DNA of 64,000 nucleotides, from IMG/VR virus record IMGVR_UViG_3300032782_000001, positions 1-64,000 of that record. One strand, written 5' to 3'. The translations under genes were made by a program, and so were the position numbers. Of the stretch, positions 45,017 to 55,039 are shown in pieces (position 1 is the stretch's first letter; the number at the start of each line of letters is the position of its first letter). The notes under the pieces are model-generated. The model worked only from the letters and a program-made list of their open reading frames with translations. It was not told the DNA's origin and searched no databases.

Positions 45017-46285
45017 GTGTCCGATCTCATCGAAGGTCAGATCCAATACGTCCAAGGGAGTGGGAAGAAGCCTTATGAGCTCCAGCTCAAAGGCGGCGTC
45101 TACAGCTGCTCTTGCATGGCTTGGCGCAACCAGAGCATCCCCATCAACAAGAGGACGTGCAAGCATCTCAAAATGGTGCGCGGAGACGCCGCCGAACAAG
45201 TGCGCGTCTCCGGAACTTTCCATCAAGCCGGCGTCACGTCGGGCCGCATTCAAACGGCAGTTCCCAACCAGACCAAGCCGCCACGCACCGACCCTGATTA
45301 TGAATTCACGCCGCAAGAAGACGGCCGCATCCCGATCATGACGTCGGACGAGTACGTGGCGGCGCAGCGACAGGCATTGACCCTTCTTGCAGAAGGGTCC
45401 TTTCGGGACAAGGAGTCCGTTCTCGCAGACGCCGAGCTGAAGGCCGGTCGCAAGCTTCGCCCCGACGAGAAGACCAAGCTCTTCGGGCCGCCCGTGCTCC
45501 TCGCGCATCCGTTCGAGGACGCCGAGGGCGTGGACCCGACGGGCTGGTGGATGTCCGAGAAGCTGGATGGGGTGCGCGCTTACTGGGACGGCAAGCAGTT
45601 CCTCTCGCGCCAGGGCAATGTCTTCCACGCGCCAGATTGGTTCAAGGCGGGTCTGCCGGACCATCCGCTCGATGGCGAACTCTGGACGGACCGTCGATCC
45701 TTCCAGCAGACCATCAGCATCGTCAAGTCGATTGATGCGGGTGAGAGGTGGAAGGCCATCAAGTACATGGTCTTCGATCTCCCGCACCTGACCACGCATT
45801 TCGAGCACCGGTACGAGCAGCTCGACAATCTCATGCTCGCCTCCACGAGCAAAGTGCTCAAGATGGTACAGCAGCGCTCATGCACGAGTCTGAACGACCT
45901 CAAGCAGGAACTCGAAAGGGTCGTCAAGCTTGGAGCCGAAGGGCTCATGATCCGCAAGCCCAAAAGCATGTACGAAGCGGGCCGAAGTTGGTCCATCCTG
46001 AAGGTGAAGCCATGGCGTGATTCCGAAGCCACCGTCGTTGGCTATGAGGCCGGAAAGGGTCGTCACAAGGGCAGGACGGGCGGGCTTATCGTCCGGCTCG
46101 ATGTCCCCTTCACCGACCCTCGTCTGAAGCGCGGCGCTGAATTCAATATCGGCACGGGCCTCTCGGACGAAGACCGCCGCAACCCTCCGGCCATTGGGAA
46201 GGTAGTCACGTTCCGCTACATGGACACCACCGATGCGGGGGTCCCGAAGGGCGCCAGCTTCGTCTCAGTGCGGGATTACGAATGA
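45017..46285 (+). CDS. lig: ATP-dependent DNA ligase with N-terminal SWIM finger
   Basis: motif I SEKLDGVR, III LDGEL, IV EGLMIR, V LKVK, OB domain; CSC...CKH at N-terminus. Confidence 0.92.
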   Translation: MSDLIEGQIQYVQGSGKKPYELQLKGGVYSCSCMAWRNQSIPINKRTCKHLKMVRGDAAEQVRVSGTFHQAGVTSGRIQTAVPNQTKPPRTDPDYEFTPQEDGRIPIMTSDEYVAAQRQALTLLAEGSFRDKESVLADAELKAGRKLRPDEKTKLFGPPVLLAHPFEDAEGVDPTGWWMSEKLDGVRAYWDGKQFLSRQGNVFHAPDWFKAGLPDHPLDGELWTDRRSFQQTISIVKSIDAGERWKAIKYMVFDLPHLTTHFEHRYEQLDNLMLASTSKVLKMVQQRSCTSLNDLKQELERVVKLGAEGLMIRKPKSMYEAGRSWSILKVKPWRDSEATVVGYEAGKGRHKGRTGGLIVRLDVPFTDPRLKRGAEFNIGTGLSDEDRRNPPAIGKVVTFRYMDTTDAGVPKGASFVSVRDYE

Positions 46286-46512
46286 CTATGGGCAGTCAAA
46301 AAGCCCCTACCGTGAAATCGACTATTAGGTCCTCTCCACGAGGAGGGAATCAGAACAAGACCAGCACGTTCGTCAACGAACCGGCTGTGGAGATCACCTT
46401 GGCGAATTACCGGCATTCTCAGGTGCTATCCATCAAACAGGCGGAAGTTCTCGCCAAGAAACTCATGAAACTCGTCAACGAACACAAGGTCCGGGAGGTC
46501 ATGGAATCATGA
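46282..46512 (+). CDS. VMES-tag protein
   Basis: ends KVREVMES. Confidence 0.8.
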   Translation: MTMGSQKAPTVKSTIRSSPRGGNQNKTSTFVNEPAVEITLANYRHSQVLSIKQAEVLAKKLMKLVNEHKVREVMES

Positions 46513-46660
46513 GGCGCGAAGAAGACTGTTACCACGACTGGGAGCTCACCTACGCCGACGGCCCGCTCGATACTTCCGACTGGAAGTGCAAATGCTGTGG
46601 GAAGCATGTCGTCGGACAACGAGGGCAAGAGCCTCCTCCTGCCCGCGACAACGAGGAGTC

Positions 46661-46897
46661 ATGAAAGCGATTGCTCCCGAGAGCCTCACGGAGTCTCTCA
46701 ACGAGATCATCTCTACATGCATTCACGGACCTGGAGGTGACCCTGACCGTTGCCATATGAGGGCCGCCGCTAAAGCATTCGTCCTCCTGCGGCGCATGGG
46801 ACTCCCCATCCATGGGGAGGAGGATTATGAAGATCAGCTGAGGAAGTGCAATGCCTCGGAAGTTGACTTCCTGGCAGAAGAAGGGCTCCCCGAATGA
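46661..46897 (+). CDS. hypothetical protein
   Basis: SD GAGGAG; ATGA overlaps. Confidence 0.7.
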   Translation: MKAIAPESLTESLNEIISTCIHGPGGDPDRCHMRAAAKAFVLLRRMGLPIHGEEDYEDQLRKCNASEVDFLAEEGLPE

Positions 46898-47328
46898 AAT
46901 TCTTCGTTCCTGCCTGCGGAGATCGCATCATCCTCATGAAGCCATGGACCTTCCCTCTCTATCTGGAGAAGCGGAACATGCAATTCGCCAAAGTCCGCGG
47001 CTTGGTGGACGCCAAGGCGGATAATTGGATGGGCGTCAGGGAAGGTGATCGTTGGACTGGCAAGTACAAATCTGTAAGCATCACGCTCGGAGCCGGCACG
47101 ATCATCGAGTGTGATCGCATTTATATCCGCACTTTCAACAAGTCCCGGATCCATCTGGAAGAGGATTACGACAGCATTACCTGGAAAGTGACTAATAACG
47201 GGAAAGCCGTTCGACATGGTCGTTTCTGGGTGAAACTCCCAGATTGCTACAATATTGAATTCGAGCTCCAGGTAGACTCTCTCTATCGAGATCGGGTCAA
47301 GGTTGTCAAGGAGGTTATGGAATCGTGA
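46894..47328 (+). CDS. VMES-tag protein
   Basis: ends VVKEVMES. Confidence 0.85.
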   Translation: MKFFVPACGDRIILMKPWTFPLYLEKRNMQFAKVRGLVDAKADNWMGVREGDRWTGKYKSVSITLGAGTIIECDRIYIRTFNKSRIHLEEDYDSITWKVTNNGKAVRHGRFWVKLPDCYNIEFELQVDSLYRDRVKVVKEVMES

Positions 47329-47603
47329 AGCTGTTTCTCCCAACGGGTCGGAGATGCAACTTCAAGGTAGCTCGTGATTCCTCCAATCCACCTTCGAAAC
47401 ATGACGTAAAACTTTGCGGTGAACCAACCATTGCGTATTGGTTAACTAAACCAGATGTTATACCGTTTGACGAACATCATCAATTGGTTAAACGGTGTGA
47501 GGAGCATACTCCTAATACTCGCCATTGGATGAGCTCTCGAGGAGAGTGGTGGTCCGAGATTTCTGAACAAGAACTGATCGTATTGGAGGTGATGGAATCA
47601 TGA
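47325..47603 (+). CDS. VMES-tag protein, Zn-module type
   Basis: ends ELIVLEVMES. Confidence 0.8.
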   Translation: MKLFLPTGRRCNFKVARDSSNPPSKHDVKLCGEPTIAYWLTKPDVIPFDEHHQLVKRCEEHTPNTRHWMSSRGEWWSEISEQELIVLEVMES

Positions 47604-47830
47604 TCAAAGGCAGCCAAATCAATACCGCGTCTCAAGTCGCCCGAGATCTGGAAGAGATCAAGATGAAGATCCGTGATCTCCAGAAGAAACTCGGTTCTGC
47701 GCAGTTGAACGACGACGCGTCGAAGCTTGGCGGTCTTGCCGAGCACTGTTGGGAAATTTCTCATGGTCTCGAACGCAAGGCTCTTGAATCGTTCTTGGCA
47801 GCTCGTCGTGGAGAGGAGCTGCCGCAATGA
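47600..47830 (+). CDS. hypothetical protein
   Basis: ATGA overlaps. Confidence 0.7.
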   Translation: MIKGSQINTASQVARDLEEIKMKIRDLQKKLGSAQLNDDASKLGGLAEHCWEISHGLERKALESFLAARRGEELPQ

Positions 47831-48009
47831 CCAGGAGCCGTCTAGATGATGCTAATGCCTCAAGGCAACGAATGAGTGATGCTGCCAAGAAGGCATTTCT
47901 CGCACGCTTCCGGAAAGAGTGTGTTCGAGGTCTCCGAGGTGGAGTGACCTCAGAAGAGCTGCAACAAGCTCTCGACATGGCCCTTGTCCAAGACGTCCAC
48001 GAATCATGA
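47827..48009 (+). CDS. VMES-tag protein
   Basis: ends LVQDVHES. Confidence 0.8.
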   Translation: MTRSRLDDANASRQRMSDAAKKAFLARFRKECVRGLRGGVTSEELQQALDMALVQDVHES

Positions 48010-48242
48010 GCGATTCCGATAATGTCCACTACGTCTATCGACTGGAGGATGTGTATTATTCAGATCGGATCTTTCATCCTGAGATTCTCGTAGAGAGGAA
48101 GGACGGTCTTTACGTCTACAATGGTGACACCTGCATCCAATCCCACTTCTTGGCTGAACTCTGCGGTCGAGATCTGACTTGCCGAGAAGCCAACATAATG
48201 AAATCTCGACTCCAACAGGTTGCTGACGTTCAGGATGCCTGA
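48006..48242 (+). CDS. VMES-tag protein (variant)
   Basis: ends VADVQDA. Confidence 0.75.
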   Translation: MSDSDNVHYVYRLEDVYYSDRIFHPEILVERKDGLYVYNGDTCIQSHFLAELCGRDLTCREANIMKSRLQQVADVQDA

Positions 48243-48326
48243 TGTATGGCATGGATCAGCTTTATCCTTGTCATATATTTTGTAAAGCTATGTCATAGAT
48301 CTTGGAAATTATGAGATTCTGAACCC

Positions 48327-48557
48327 ATGTCGAATTCCAAAAAATCTCACCCATTTTACGTCGCTCGGAGAGCGTACATATATGAGCCAGGGAAACGCTC
48401 TCTACCTGAATATCTCGTAATTCATACCTCTCAGGAATATTGCATCGGGTGTTTCACGCGATCAGGTTATGAAATTGTCAGCGTGAAGCTCGGAATGCGA
48501 CACGCAAAAAGATTAGCTGGCAAGCTAAACGACGTTCGGAAAATCATGGATTCCTGA
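48327..48557 (+). CDS. VMES-tag protein
   Basis: ends VRKIMDS. Confidence 0.75.
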   Translation: MSNSKKSHPFYVARRAYIYEPGKRSLPEYLVIHTSQEYCIGCFTRSGYEIVSVKLGMRHAKRLAGKLNDVRKIMDS

Positions 48558-48977
48558 ATGGATGATCTGGAGATTCAATCAAGAATAACTTCTCTTCAAG
48601 AATCCAAGCGGATCACATCTGCGGTGGAGGCCATATTGAATGAGGTAAATCTTGGAGAGATATTCCAGTTTATCCAATTGGGAGTCATGGAATCTGTCGA
48701 TCAAGGGCCGCTTTTAACTGCCATCTGGTCTGTGCCTAATGCGGATGACTTGAGCACGACAATGAAATTCCGGGCTGTCACTGAAATTATGGTCAAACCG
48801 GAAGACTCGGATTTCGTTCCAACAATCCATAAAACGTGTCGAGCCTTAGTGTTTCATGTATTGGCTCATGAACTACATGAATTTTATCAGTACCAAGGGA
48901 AAAGAGTATTTGAGCCTCATCCCACAGGCAACGTGAGCCCATTCATCATCCGATGGATGATGATACCTATACCATGA
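48558..48977 (+). CDS. protein with internal GVMES and an HELHE motif
   Basis: ORF track. Confidence 0.7.
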   Translation: MDDLEIQSRITSLQESKRITSAVEAILNEVNLGEIFQFIQLGVMESVDQGPLLTAIWSVPNADDLSTTMKFRAVTEIMVKPEDSDFVPTIHKTCRALVFHVLAHELHEFYQYQGKRVFEPHPTGNVSPFIIRWMMIPIP

Positions 48978-49029
48978 AGTAGCAGGAATTCTTACGATTC
49001 TGACGTACAGATATGTGGAGGCAATTCGA

Positions 49030-49725
49030 ATGAAGGACAACGAGGAACGGAGCACGCACGAGAGTTACGGGATGGTGAGCTTCAGCCGGCGCACCGGGAA
49101 CCCGGGACGCTTGTTTGGTTCTCCACTCAATCAGCACGAAAGTTACGTTTGCCTCTCCATCCGCAAGTCGGAACTCATCCGAGATGGCCTCCATGATAGG
49201 ACATACGGCTCGATTCGGGGTGACCTCATTGAGGTGGACATGTCGGCAGCGCAGTTTGCCGAACTTCTGACGACCATGAACGTTGGCATGGGAGTCCCAT
49301 GCACGATTTCCAGTTTCAACGGGCGTCAAATGGAAAGGCCCCCGGAGATCGAGCATGAAGTGGAGAAGGTTCGCACGACCTTCAAGAAGGAACTTTCCAA
49401 TCTTGTCGCAGAGACCAAGAAGAACACCAAAGAAATTTGGGACCTTTTGGACACGAAAGGTTCTCTCTCGAAGGCTGACCGCGAGAAGATCAAAGCTCAT
49501 TTGAGTCACATCAGTATGGAGCTGGAAGCCAACATGCCTTACACGTTGGATATGTTCCGAGAAGCGACCGAAAAGGTCGTCGTTCACGCGAAAGCTGAAG
49601 TGGACGCGTTTGTGACGGCAAACGTCGTCCAAACCGGTCTTCGGACCCTCATCGAACAATCCCAGAAATCTCAGACTCCAGCACTGCCTGCACCGGAGGA
49701 CGATGAGACGGCCGGAGACCGTTGA
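49030..49725 (+). CDS. hypothetical phage protein
   Basis: SD GGAGG; long ORF. Confidence 0.85.
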   Translation: MKDNEERSTHESYGMVSFSRRTGNPGRLFGSPLNQHESYVCLSIRKSELIRDGLHDRTYGSIRGDLIEVDMSAAQFAELLTTMNVGMGVPCTISSFNGRQMERPPEIEHEVEKVRTTFKKELSNLVAETKKNTKEIWDLLDTKGSLSKADREKIKAHLSHISMELEANMPYTLDMFREATEKVVVHAKAEVDAFVTANVVQTGLRTLIEQSQKSQTPALPAPEDDETAGDR

Positions 49726-49950
49726 GATCTAATCTTCCCAACGTACGTTCGGTTCATGGCTAAAAAATCTAAGCCTTGTTGCCCCAAGTGCAAGTCGAAG
49801 GACTTGAAGGTATATCAAGTCGTCCACAACGTCCCGCACTATCGCTGCCAGGGATGCAACTGGGAAGGCCGACCGAAGAAGTAAATGGGAGACAAGATAA
49901 TAGTCTTGTCTCCCATTTCCGTATTTGTATGCATTTGTGTTTGTTCGGCC

Positions 49951-50169
49951 CTAACGAACGTGAACAGGTCCAATGACTGGGCCTCCCCCAATCCCTCCAA
50001 GGATTGAGACGAGCCATATAATCAAAAAAATCGCGCAGATAACCAGAACCGCGATCCGTGCAAAATTCTTGATAGCCGGATCGATGGGCAGGAGAGATAC
50101 TACGTAGAGCAAAAGCCCTACGATAATCGCAATCACGATGGCGTAGATTAGCAACGCAACAAGCGACAT
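49951..50169 (-). CDS. small two-TM membrane protein (Thivi_2564-like)
   Basis: two hydrophobic helices around LPIDP; SD AGGAGG. Confidence 0.75.
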   Translation of the reverse strand: MSLVALLIYAIVIAIIVGLLLYVVSLLPIDPAIKNFARIAVLVICAIFLIIWLVSILGGIGGGPVIGPVHVR

Positions 50170-50217
50170 AACTCAACCTCCTAGGGAACGGGGCTGTTAG
50201 TGTGGCGCTTGTGTTGG

Positions 50218-50448
50218 CTAGGCTGCCACGGGTGGGACGATCTTGTATTCCCGCTCGGGATGAACGATTTTGAGTTCGTCCACTTTGGCAGTGGCTTCTT
50301 CAGCAGTCGCGAACTCTCCCTTCAACGTCTTGTACTCAGACTGGCCTGCGGTGTTGTCACGCCATTGGATGACGAACAGGAGCCGATGTTTCCCGGATTC
50401 GGGGGCATTCGTATCTTCTACGTTGGACTGGGTGTTGTGCTTTGCCAT
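50218..50448 (-). CDS. hypothetical protein
   Basis: ORF track. Confidence 0.65.
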   Translation of the reverse strand: MAKHNTQSNVEDTNAPESGKHRLLFVIQWRDNTAGQSEYKTLKGEFATAEEATAKVDELKIVHPEREYKIVPPVAA

Positions 50449-50733
50449 AAGAATACTTTTAGCAATATTTGTTCCATATTGGTGAATTCATTCTAACGGT
50501 TAAGTGTGCCAACCTGTATCAGGTTGAATATGACTAATAATAATGTATATCATGATTCTTCCAAGAACACTCGTTCCGACCGATGGAAATTCTGGTGTCA
50601 GCAGGGTACCGATTTTAGGAACAGACCTCAGGAATCCTGGTAGGTTACGCTAAATGGCACCTCTCCGAGGTACTATTTAATAGCCCCGGTTCTTGAGAAG
50701 GTCCGGCTTTTTAGGATCGGGGCTGTTAAATAC

Positions 50734-51120
50734 ATGTCGGACTGTCCCAAAGACTTGGTGTTTCCGTTCCATTATGAGAGCGGTGGAATTTCTTGGCACT
50801 TGGAACGGCCCCTCCGTGAAGGTGGTCGGTTTTCAACATCGGTCAACGGGATAACATCTGAATTCTGGCTGACGGGATCTGAACGTTGGTCCGGCCGACG
50901 CCGGATTCTTCCTGGTTTAATCCGTCGTTTTGTTCGAAAATGCCGGAAACTTCGGCCTGGTCACATATGGTCAGTCCAGTCTCTAGATTTCGGGACTTGG
51001 GGAGTCTCGTGTGTCCATTGTGGACTCAATCAACATTGGGTTCCAAGATTCCGTGATGTCCCTGATCTCGGTACCCTGAATTGCAGAATGCGTCAGGTAT
51101 CTCAAGTGATGGAGAGTTGA
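50734..51120 (+). CDS. VMES-tag protein
   Basis: ends VSQVMES (Ser codon AGT). Confidence 0.8.
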   Translation: MSDCPKDLVFPFHYESGGISWHLERPLREGGRFSTSVNGITSEFWLTGSERWSGRRRILPGLIRRFVRKCRKLRPGHIWSVQSLDFGTWGVSCVHCGLNQHWVPRFRDVPDLGTLNCRMRQVSQVMES

Positions 51121-51130
51121 CGGAGGGCTA

Positions 51131-51415
51131 ATGACCTCTGTAATCGGAATCGAACAAGTTATTGCTTGCCTCTGTCAAAGGAAAATTTCTTTGGTCGATG
51201 AAATTCATCAGCGGGACGAAGCCGATATGGCTCTGGCGGATCTCTTCGGGGGATCCGAAATCATGTTGGACCTTTCTAAAGAATTCCGATCAGATGGTGC
51301 CTGGTTGATTGTCACCTGGTGGTTAGAAACTGAAATGGAACAATCTCAATTTGAGGTTCCTGTGGAAATGCTTTGTCCTGGAAACGAATCTGTTTTGATT
51401 GTTATGCTTTCTTAA
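51131..51415 (+). CDS. VMES-tag protein (variant)
   Basis: ends VLIVMLS. Confidence 0.65.
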   Translation: MTSVIGIEQVIACLCQRKISLVDEIHQRDEADMALADLFGGSEIMLDLSKEFRSDGAWLIVTWWLETEMEQSQFEVPVEMLCPGNESVLIVMLS

Positions 51416-51496
51416 ATATATGGCATATATTAAAACGACCCTTCTGCCATATATTCACGGTATGCCACATATTTAAACGATCCCTGCCATGCGTCC

Positions 51497-51925
51497 ATGC
51501 GATTTCAGTTCTTGAGCGTAAGATCTGACGTGGGGCAATATCGTATTGACCCGTCTCTCTTACCGGATTTGAGTGAGTTTGATACTACTAAGCCCGAACT
51601 TCAAACCCCTGCTCTTCCATCAGAGCACGTTTCGATCGTCTCAGACGGTATATTAGGTGAAGAATTCGGTGGTTGTTGGACGGTCGTTGACCGAGGGGAG
51701 CGGAGACCTCCAGGACAAAAACGATATGGGGTTGTGTCGTTTGATCATCAGCCGGCTAGGGTAATCATTCGCCCAGATCCATGGCGAGCAAAGAACGGAG
51801 CCAAGATCACTGTCGATCCCTCATCTCCTCCTGTTATTCTTTCTGAAGGAGGCCCTATGACGTATGAAGAAGCGTGCGAATCTGCTCGCCGCATGAATGA
51901 GATTTTGGAAGTTCACGAGTCTTAA
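51497..51925 (+). CDS. VMES-tag protein
   Basis: ends ILEVHES. Confidence 0.8.
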   Translation: MRFQFLSVRSDVGQYRIDPSLLPDLSEFDTTKPELQTPALPSEHVSIVSDGILGEEFGGCWTVVDRGERRPPGQKRYGVVSFDHQPARVIIRPDPWRAKNGAKITVDPSSPPVILSEGGPMTYEEACESARRMNEILEVHES

Positions 51926-52134
51926 TGCAATTTGAACGCTTCTGTACTCATTATTCCACTAATGACGCCCGGGCTCCTTGCGGTTCTCTAGCGATTTGGG
52001 CTTATGTGAATATGGATGCACCACACCCTTTACGAACTGTCAGTTTCCGCTGTGGTCTACATCTTGTGGATAATACGTTTTTCAGAAAACTTTCCATGGA
52101 AGAATGGCTGATTTTGGAAGTCCACGAATCCTGA
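51925..52134 (+). CDS. VMES-tag protein, Zn-module type
   Basis: ends EEWLILEVHES. Confidence 0.8.
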   Translation: MQFERFCTHYSTNDARAPCGSLAIWAYVNMDAPHPLRTVSFRCGLHLVDNTFFRKLSMEEWLILEVHES

Positions 52135-52400
52135 TGGGCCGATATAACCTTCGCAGCTTTTCTCCGGACGTTCCTGCTTGCTGCGGGGCTCCAGATGACG
52201 ATCCTTGCGGAGAACCATCTTCCGCATTCTTTATTCAAGAAGTTCCTTTAAGGAGTTTTTCTCCTAGGACCACTGCATGGTTCGGTGTATGCGCCGTTTG
52301 TTCATTCAAATGGCGACGCCTGATCGAGAATGAGAAAAAGCTTCGAATTAAAGAAATTTCCTACGAAGAATATATTGTCTACGAGGTCATGGCGTCATGA
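52134..52400 (+). CDS. VMES-tag protein, Zn-module type
   Basis: ends EEYIVYEVMAS. Confidence 0.8.
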   Translation: MGRYNLRSFSPDVPACCGAPDDDPCGEPSSAFFIQEVPLRSFSPRTTAWFGVCAVCSFKWRRLIENEKKLRIKEISYEEYIVYEVMAS

Positions 52401-52430
52401 AATTCGTGACTTTCTGACGTATGATCTTGA

Positions 52431-52643
52431 ATGGAGCTGACGTGTGTTAAGCGATTCCCTGATGGTACACGCTGCGGTGCAAAAGCCACCCTCGCGTATT
52501 TGACGACTGAAGGCAAACGGTTCGTCTATCGATGCGAGCAACATCCCATCAACAACAAGAAGCGGGCTTGGAATCAAGAATATATGCAGTGCCGCAAGAT
52601 TCCAATCGAAGAGGCTATCATCATGGAAGTCATGACTGCATGA
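52431..52643 (+). CDS. VMES-tag protein, Zn-module type
   Basis: ends EEAIIMEVMTA. Confidence 0.8.
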   Translation: MELTCVKRFPDGTRCGAKATLAYLTTEGKRFVYRCEQHPINNKKRAWNQEYMQCRKIPIEEAIIMEVMTA

Positions 52644-52849
52644 GTCCGGTCGAAGATTTCGAATGCGTCGTGAATGTGGAGGGAAGGGCCGCTTGCGACA
52701 AGATTGTCAGCGCTGTCCTGTTCCCCACTGACGGTTCCGAGGATCCGTGGCCCGTATGTAAGGACCACATAGATATTAATCTGTACGGCTACGGCCGGCG
52801 TGTGGGGACAATTGAAGAGTTGATCATATTTGAAGTAATGAACTCATGA
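52640..52849 (+). CDS. VMES-tag protein, Zn-module type
   Basis: ends EELIIFEVMNS. Confidence 0.8.
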   Translation: MSPVEDFECVVNVEGRAACDKIVSAVLFPTDGSEDPWPVCKDHIDINLYGYGRRVGTIEELIIFEVMNS

Positions 52850-53205
52850 CTCGGACGATGCACGGGAAGAATCTCAGTGATGATGGGTTTGACTCATACA
52901 TTCAGACCCTTCTCCGTGCAAAATCCCAACCTGACCGAATGCGAACGCTGGAATGGATTATTGAAATCCAGACTTCACGAATACGTGGTATTATCATCCG
53001 GTTCACGTTATACTTTATTCTGAACATTTGTGGGATCTGGTATCTTGGAACCAATTTCGTCAAAGAACCATGCTGGGGTTCTGGAACCGAGTTCGCATTC
53101 CTGGCCATTTTCGGAGGTGTCGTCCTCGTCCATGACTTGTCCAAAATTCGGAACATCAGGAAATCATTGCGGGAAGCAATCGTGGCTTCCGTGATGGAAT
53201 CATGA
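52846..53205 (+). CDS. VMES-tag membrane protein (2 TM)
   Basis: two hydrophobic segments; ends IVASVMES. Confidence 0.8.
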   Translation: MTRTMHGKNLSDDGFDSYIQTLLRAKSQPDRMRTLEWIIEIQTSRIRGIIIRFTLYFILNICGIWYLGTNFVKEPCWGSGTEFAFLAIFGGVVLVHDLSKIRNIRKSLREAIVASVMES

Positions 53206-53208
53206 TTC

Positions 53209-53430
53209 ATGACTGTCCTTTGTACTGAGCCTCGGCTTCCAGGAGAGACTCCGAGTCACGACTGGCAGAAAAAACGTGATTGGCACGGGGACTGGACTGG
53301 AAAATGGATTTGTTCTAATTGCAAGGAAATTCGAACTAACTGTAAACATGCGAATGGCGATTGGACGGGTCTCTTCATGGAAGATTGTCAAGAGCCCGAA
53401 TGTGTAGTTCGTAGTGTGATGGAATCATGA
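53209..53430 (+). CDS. VMES-tag protein, HxW/CxxC type
   Basis: ends VVRSVMES. Confidence 0.8.
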   Translation: MTVLCTEPRLPGETPSHDWQKKRDWHGDWTGKWICSNCKEIRTNCKHANGDWTGLFMEDCQEPECVVRSVMES

Positions 53431-53678
53431 GGACTCTCGATATGGACATCGTCACGCAACGAGAGCACGTAAAAACTTGGTGTGTTATTCGGGTGGATGA
53501 GAAAACCGACGCATATCCTTCTAGGTATGAAGTATTTGGCCTCGGAGATGGACAGACGGCGGAGAGACTAAGGGAAACTGGCTATGCCGAAGAAGTCCTG
53601 ATCGGTTTTCCGGATGAAGAATCGGCTACGGCAGTGGCAGAAAAACTAAACATGATCACCGAAATCATGGAATCATGA
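53427..53678 (+). CDS. VMES-tag protein
   Basis: ends ITEIMES. Confidence 0.8.
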   Translation: MRTLDMDIVTQREHVKTWCVIRVDEKTDAYPSRYEVFGLGDGQTAERLRETGYAEEVLIGFPDEESATAVAEKLNMITEIMES

Positions 53679-53884
53679 GTTTTGTCCGATGCAGCCACAC
53701 TCGGACCGAGAAGGTATTCGAGGGGACTTTCTCTAATGTTGTCCATATCGAACGTTATCAATGCGAAGCTAATGCCATCGTATTCTTCACTCGTGGTGCT
53801 TTCTGCAAAGATCACGAACCGGAATCACTGGATGGTCAAATTTCCTTACAAGAATATGTCGTTCTCGAAGTCATGCGTTCATAA
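53675..53884 (+). CDS. VMES-tag protein, Zn-module type
   Basis: ends EYVVLEVMRS. Confidence 0.8.
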   Translation: MSFVRCSHTRTEKVFEGTFSNVVHIERYQCEANAIVFFTRGAFCKDHEPESLDGQISLQEYVVLEVMRS

Positions 53885-53938
53885 GTTTGGCGTTGACGCC
53901 GGTACAATAGGAAGCCACCCCATTCCCCACGGAGAATC

Positions 53939-54466
53939 ATGAGCATCTCGCATCTCATCGAGCAGAACGCGCAGCAGGATCATTCCAAGCCGGCTTGGAA
54001 GCCCGAATATCCGGCAGTCGGTTACCTCATCGCTACGGTCAAGGATGACCGCACCGAGATCGTCGAGGTCATGGCTTGGGATGAAGAGTATCCCGATATG
54101 CCCAATCGGGATCTTCTCAAGTACCCGAATCACTACGCCGTGCAGCTGTGCAAGAGCACGCACCGTCCGTTCCGGTACCACCGATTCTTCATTGGCACCA
54201 TCCTGGCCAATGGCAAGTTCGTTTTCTCTGTGGCGCCGCGCGTCGATGACTGGAAGTCCGGATCTCCCAAGGTCGATTCTGGGTCGTGGGATGCCCTCCA
54301 CAAGCTCCTCGAAGCGGCTGAGTCGTGGCAAGGTGGGGACGCATCGTTCCAGACCGATGGCTACGTCGAACGGTCTTCGGGCCCGCCTCAAACCTCTGGA
54401 TTCCGAAAGACTGGAAAGACTGAGCGTGCTCGAGCTCGAGGCAAGGCCAAGCCCAAGTCGGACTAG
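53939..54466 (+). CDS. hypothetical protein
   Basis: GC3-rich; preceded by sigma70-like TTGACG...TACAAT but with very short spacing. Confidence 0.8.
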   Translation: MSISHLIEQNAQQDHSKPAWKPEYPAVGYLIATVKDDRTEIVEVMAWDEEYPDMPNRDLLKYPNHYAVQLCKSTHRPFRYHRFFIGTILANGKFVFSVAPRVDDWKSGSPKVDSGSWDALHKLLEAAESWQGGDASFQTDGYVERSSGPPQTSGFRKTGKTERARARGKAKPKSD

Positions 54467-54472
54467 TCGATC

Positions 54473-55039
54473 GTGTCGCCGGAGATCAAATGCGATCGCG
54501 CCCTCTGGTCTACGGGAGGGAAGATCAGCACATGCGAAAAACCGGCGCATCGCTTTGTAAGCTACTCGGGTCCCCCTGGGGACCCGAGAGCTATGGCGGT
54601 TTGTGACCGCCATGCAGTAGATACAACCCGAATTGGTCCGACCAAGACTCTGACCCGCGAAGAGTTCTTCGTGTTGGCAATTTTAGGTGTTGCGGTGCTT
54701 CCTGAAGAAACCCTTGAAGAAGTTTTCGGCTTCCTTCCATCGGCTTACGATGGGCACCCTATTCTTGAAGATGAAGCTCGAGAAGCCTTGGACTGGTTGA
54801 GAAATCACCGTCAGGCTGCGCTTCGTCCTTCCGAAGAGACCAAAGAAATTTTGTTTTCTTTGACTTCCTCTCCTGGTTATGTCGAAGCCAGAGCCACGTG
54901 GCGAGATCCTCCATATCACGCAATCGAAGATTCCGAGCGTGTTGGCTTCTGGCATGGGATTCCATCGGTTGAGCAACTCTGTGAGGTCCTTCGACGCGTT
55001 TTAAAGACTGCCATCGTAATGCGAGTCATGGAATCATGA
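54473..55039 (+). CDS. VMES-tag fusion protein
   Basis: Zn module, internal TREEFFVLAIL, second domain; ends MRVMES. Confidence 0.8.
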   Translation: MSPEIKCDRALWSTGGKISTCEKPAHRFVSYSGPPGDPRAMAVCDRHAVDTTRIGPTKTLTREEFFVLAILGVAVLPEETLEEVFGFLPSAYDGHPILEDEAREALDWLRNHRQAALRPSEETKEILFSLTSSPGYVEARATWRDPPYHAIEDSERVGFWHGIPSVEQLCEVLRRVLKTAIVMRVMES

